Sequence record: NC_041973.1
Direction: 5' to 3' (one strand)
Length of the DNA stretch: 64,000 bases
How positions within the stretch are numbered: the stretch's first letter is position 1; every line of letters begins with the position of its first letter. Shown piece after piece: positions 63,999-64,000 of the stretch. The translations under genes and the position numbers were made by a program. The notes under the pieces were generated by a model that was not told the origin of the DNA, searched no databases, and saw only the letters and a program-made list of their open reading frames with translations.

Positions 63999-64000
63999 GT

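Noticed and set aside
1-64000. CRISPR array or IS/transposase
   Set aside because: No regularly spaced direct repeats and no transposase or integrase motifs seen

Overview
A 64-kb, gene-dense segment (no tRNA, rRNA or CRISPR array seen) of a phiKZ-related, probably nucleus-forming jumbo phage. Motif recall and gene order point to the SPN3US/phiEaH2-like Erwinia-Salmonella group; this is inferred, with no database search run. The right third carries core genes: RNase H, UvsX/RecA, a virion RNA polymerase beta C-terminal subunit, virion proteins, and a gp181-like tail protein with a GH19 lysozyme domain that may continue past the window end. The left two thirds are accessory and early clusters with nucleotide metabolism (nrdB, tdk, a DHFR fusion, MazG), KptA, a YgiB homologue, an orphan HigA, an HslU-like ATPase, a Lar-like protein and many unknown or membrane proteins. 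Nine copies of a phage early-promoter motif (CCTAYATWAC-N4-GKGA) and a family of terminators ending in TTTATGCC punctuate the region. Top observations: (1) an HNH element that appears to have replaced the last codons of nrdB, leaving the original 3' end stranded downstream; (2) an unannotated 47-aa acidic ORF ending in DCEGCKI that looks like a free-standing NrdA redox tail; (3) a SLOG / macrodomain / NADAR-SLOG cassette, plausibly countering ADP-ribosylation defences; (4) two paralogous Cys-His-Asp enzymes; (5) structured early leaders with tiny ORFs. Family assignments come from motifs recognised by eye.
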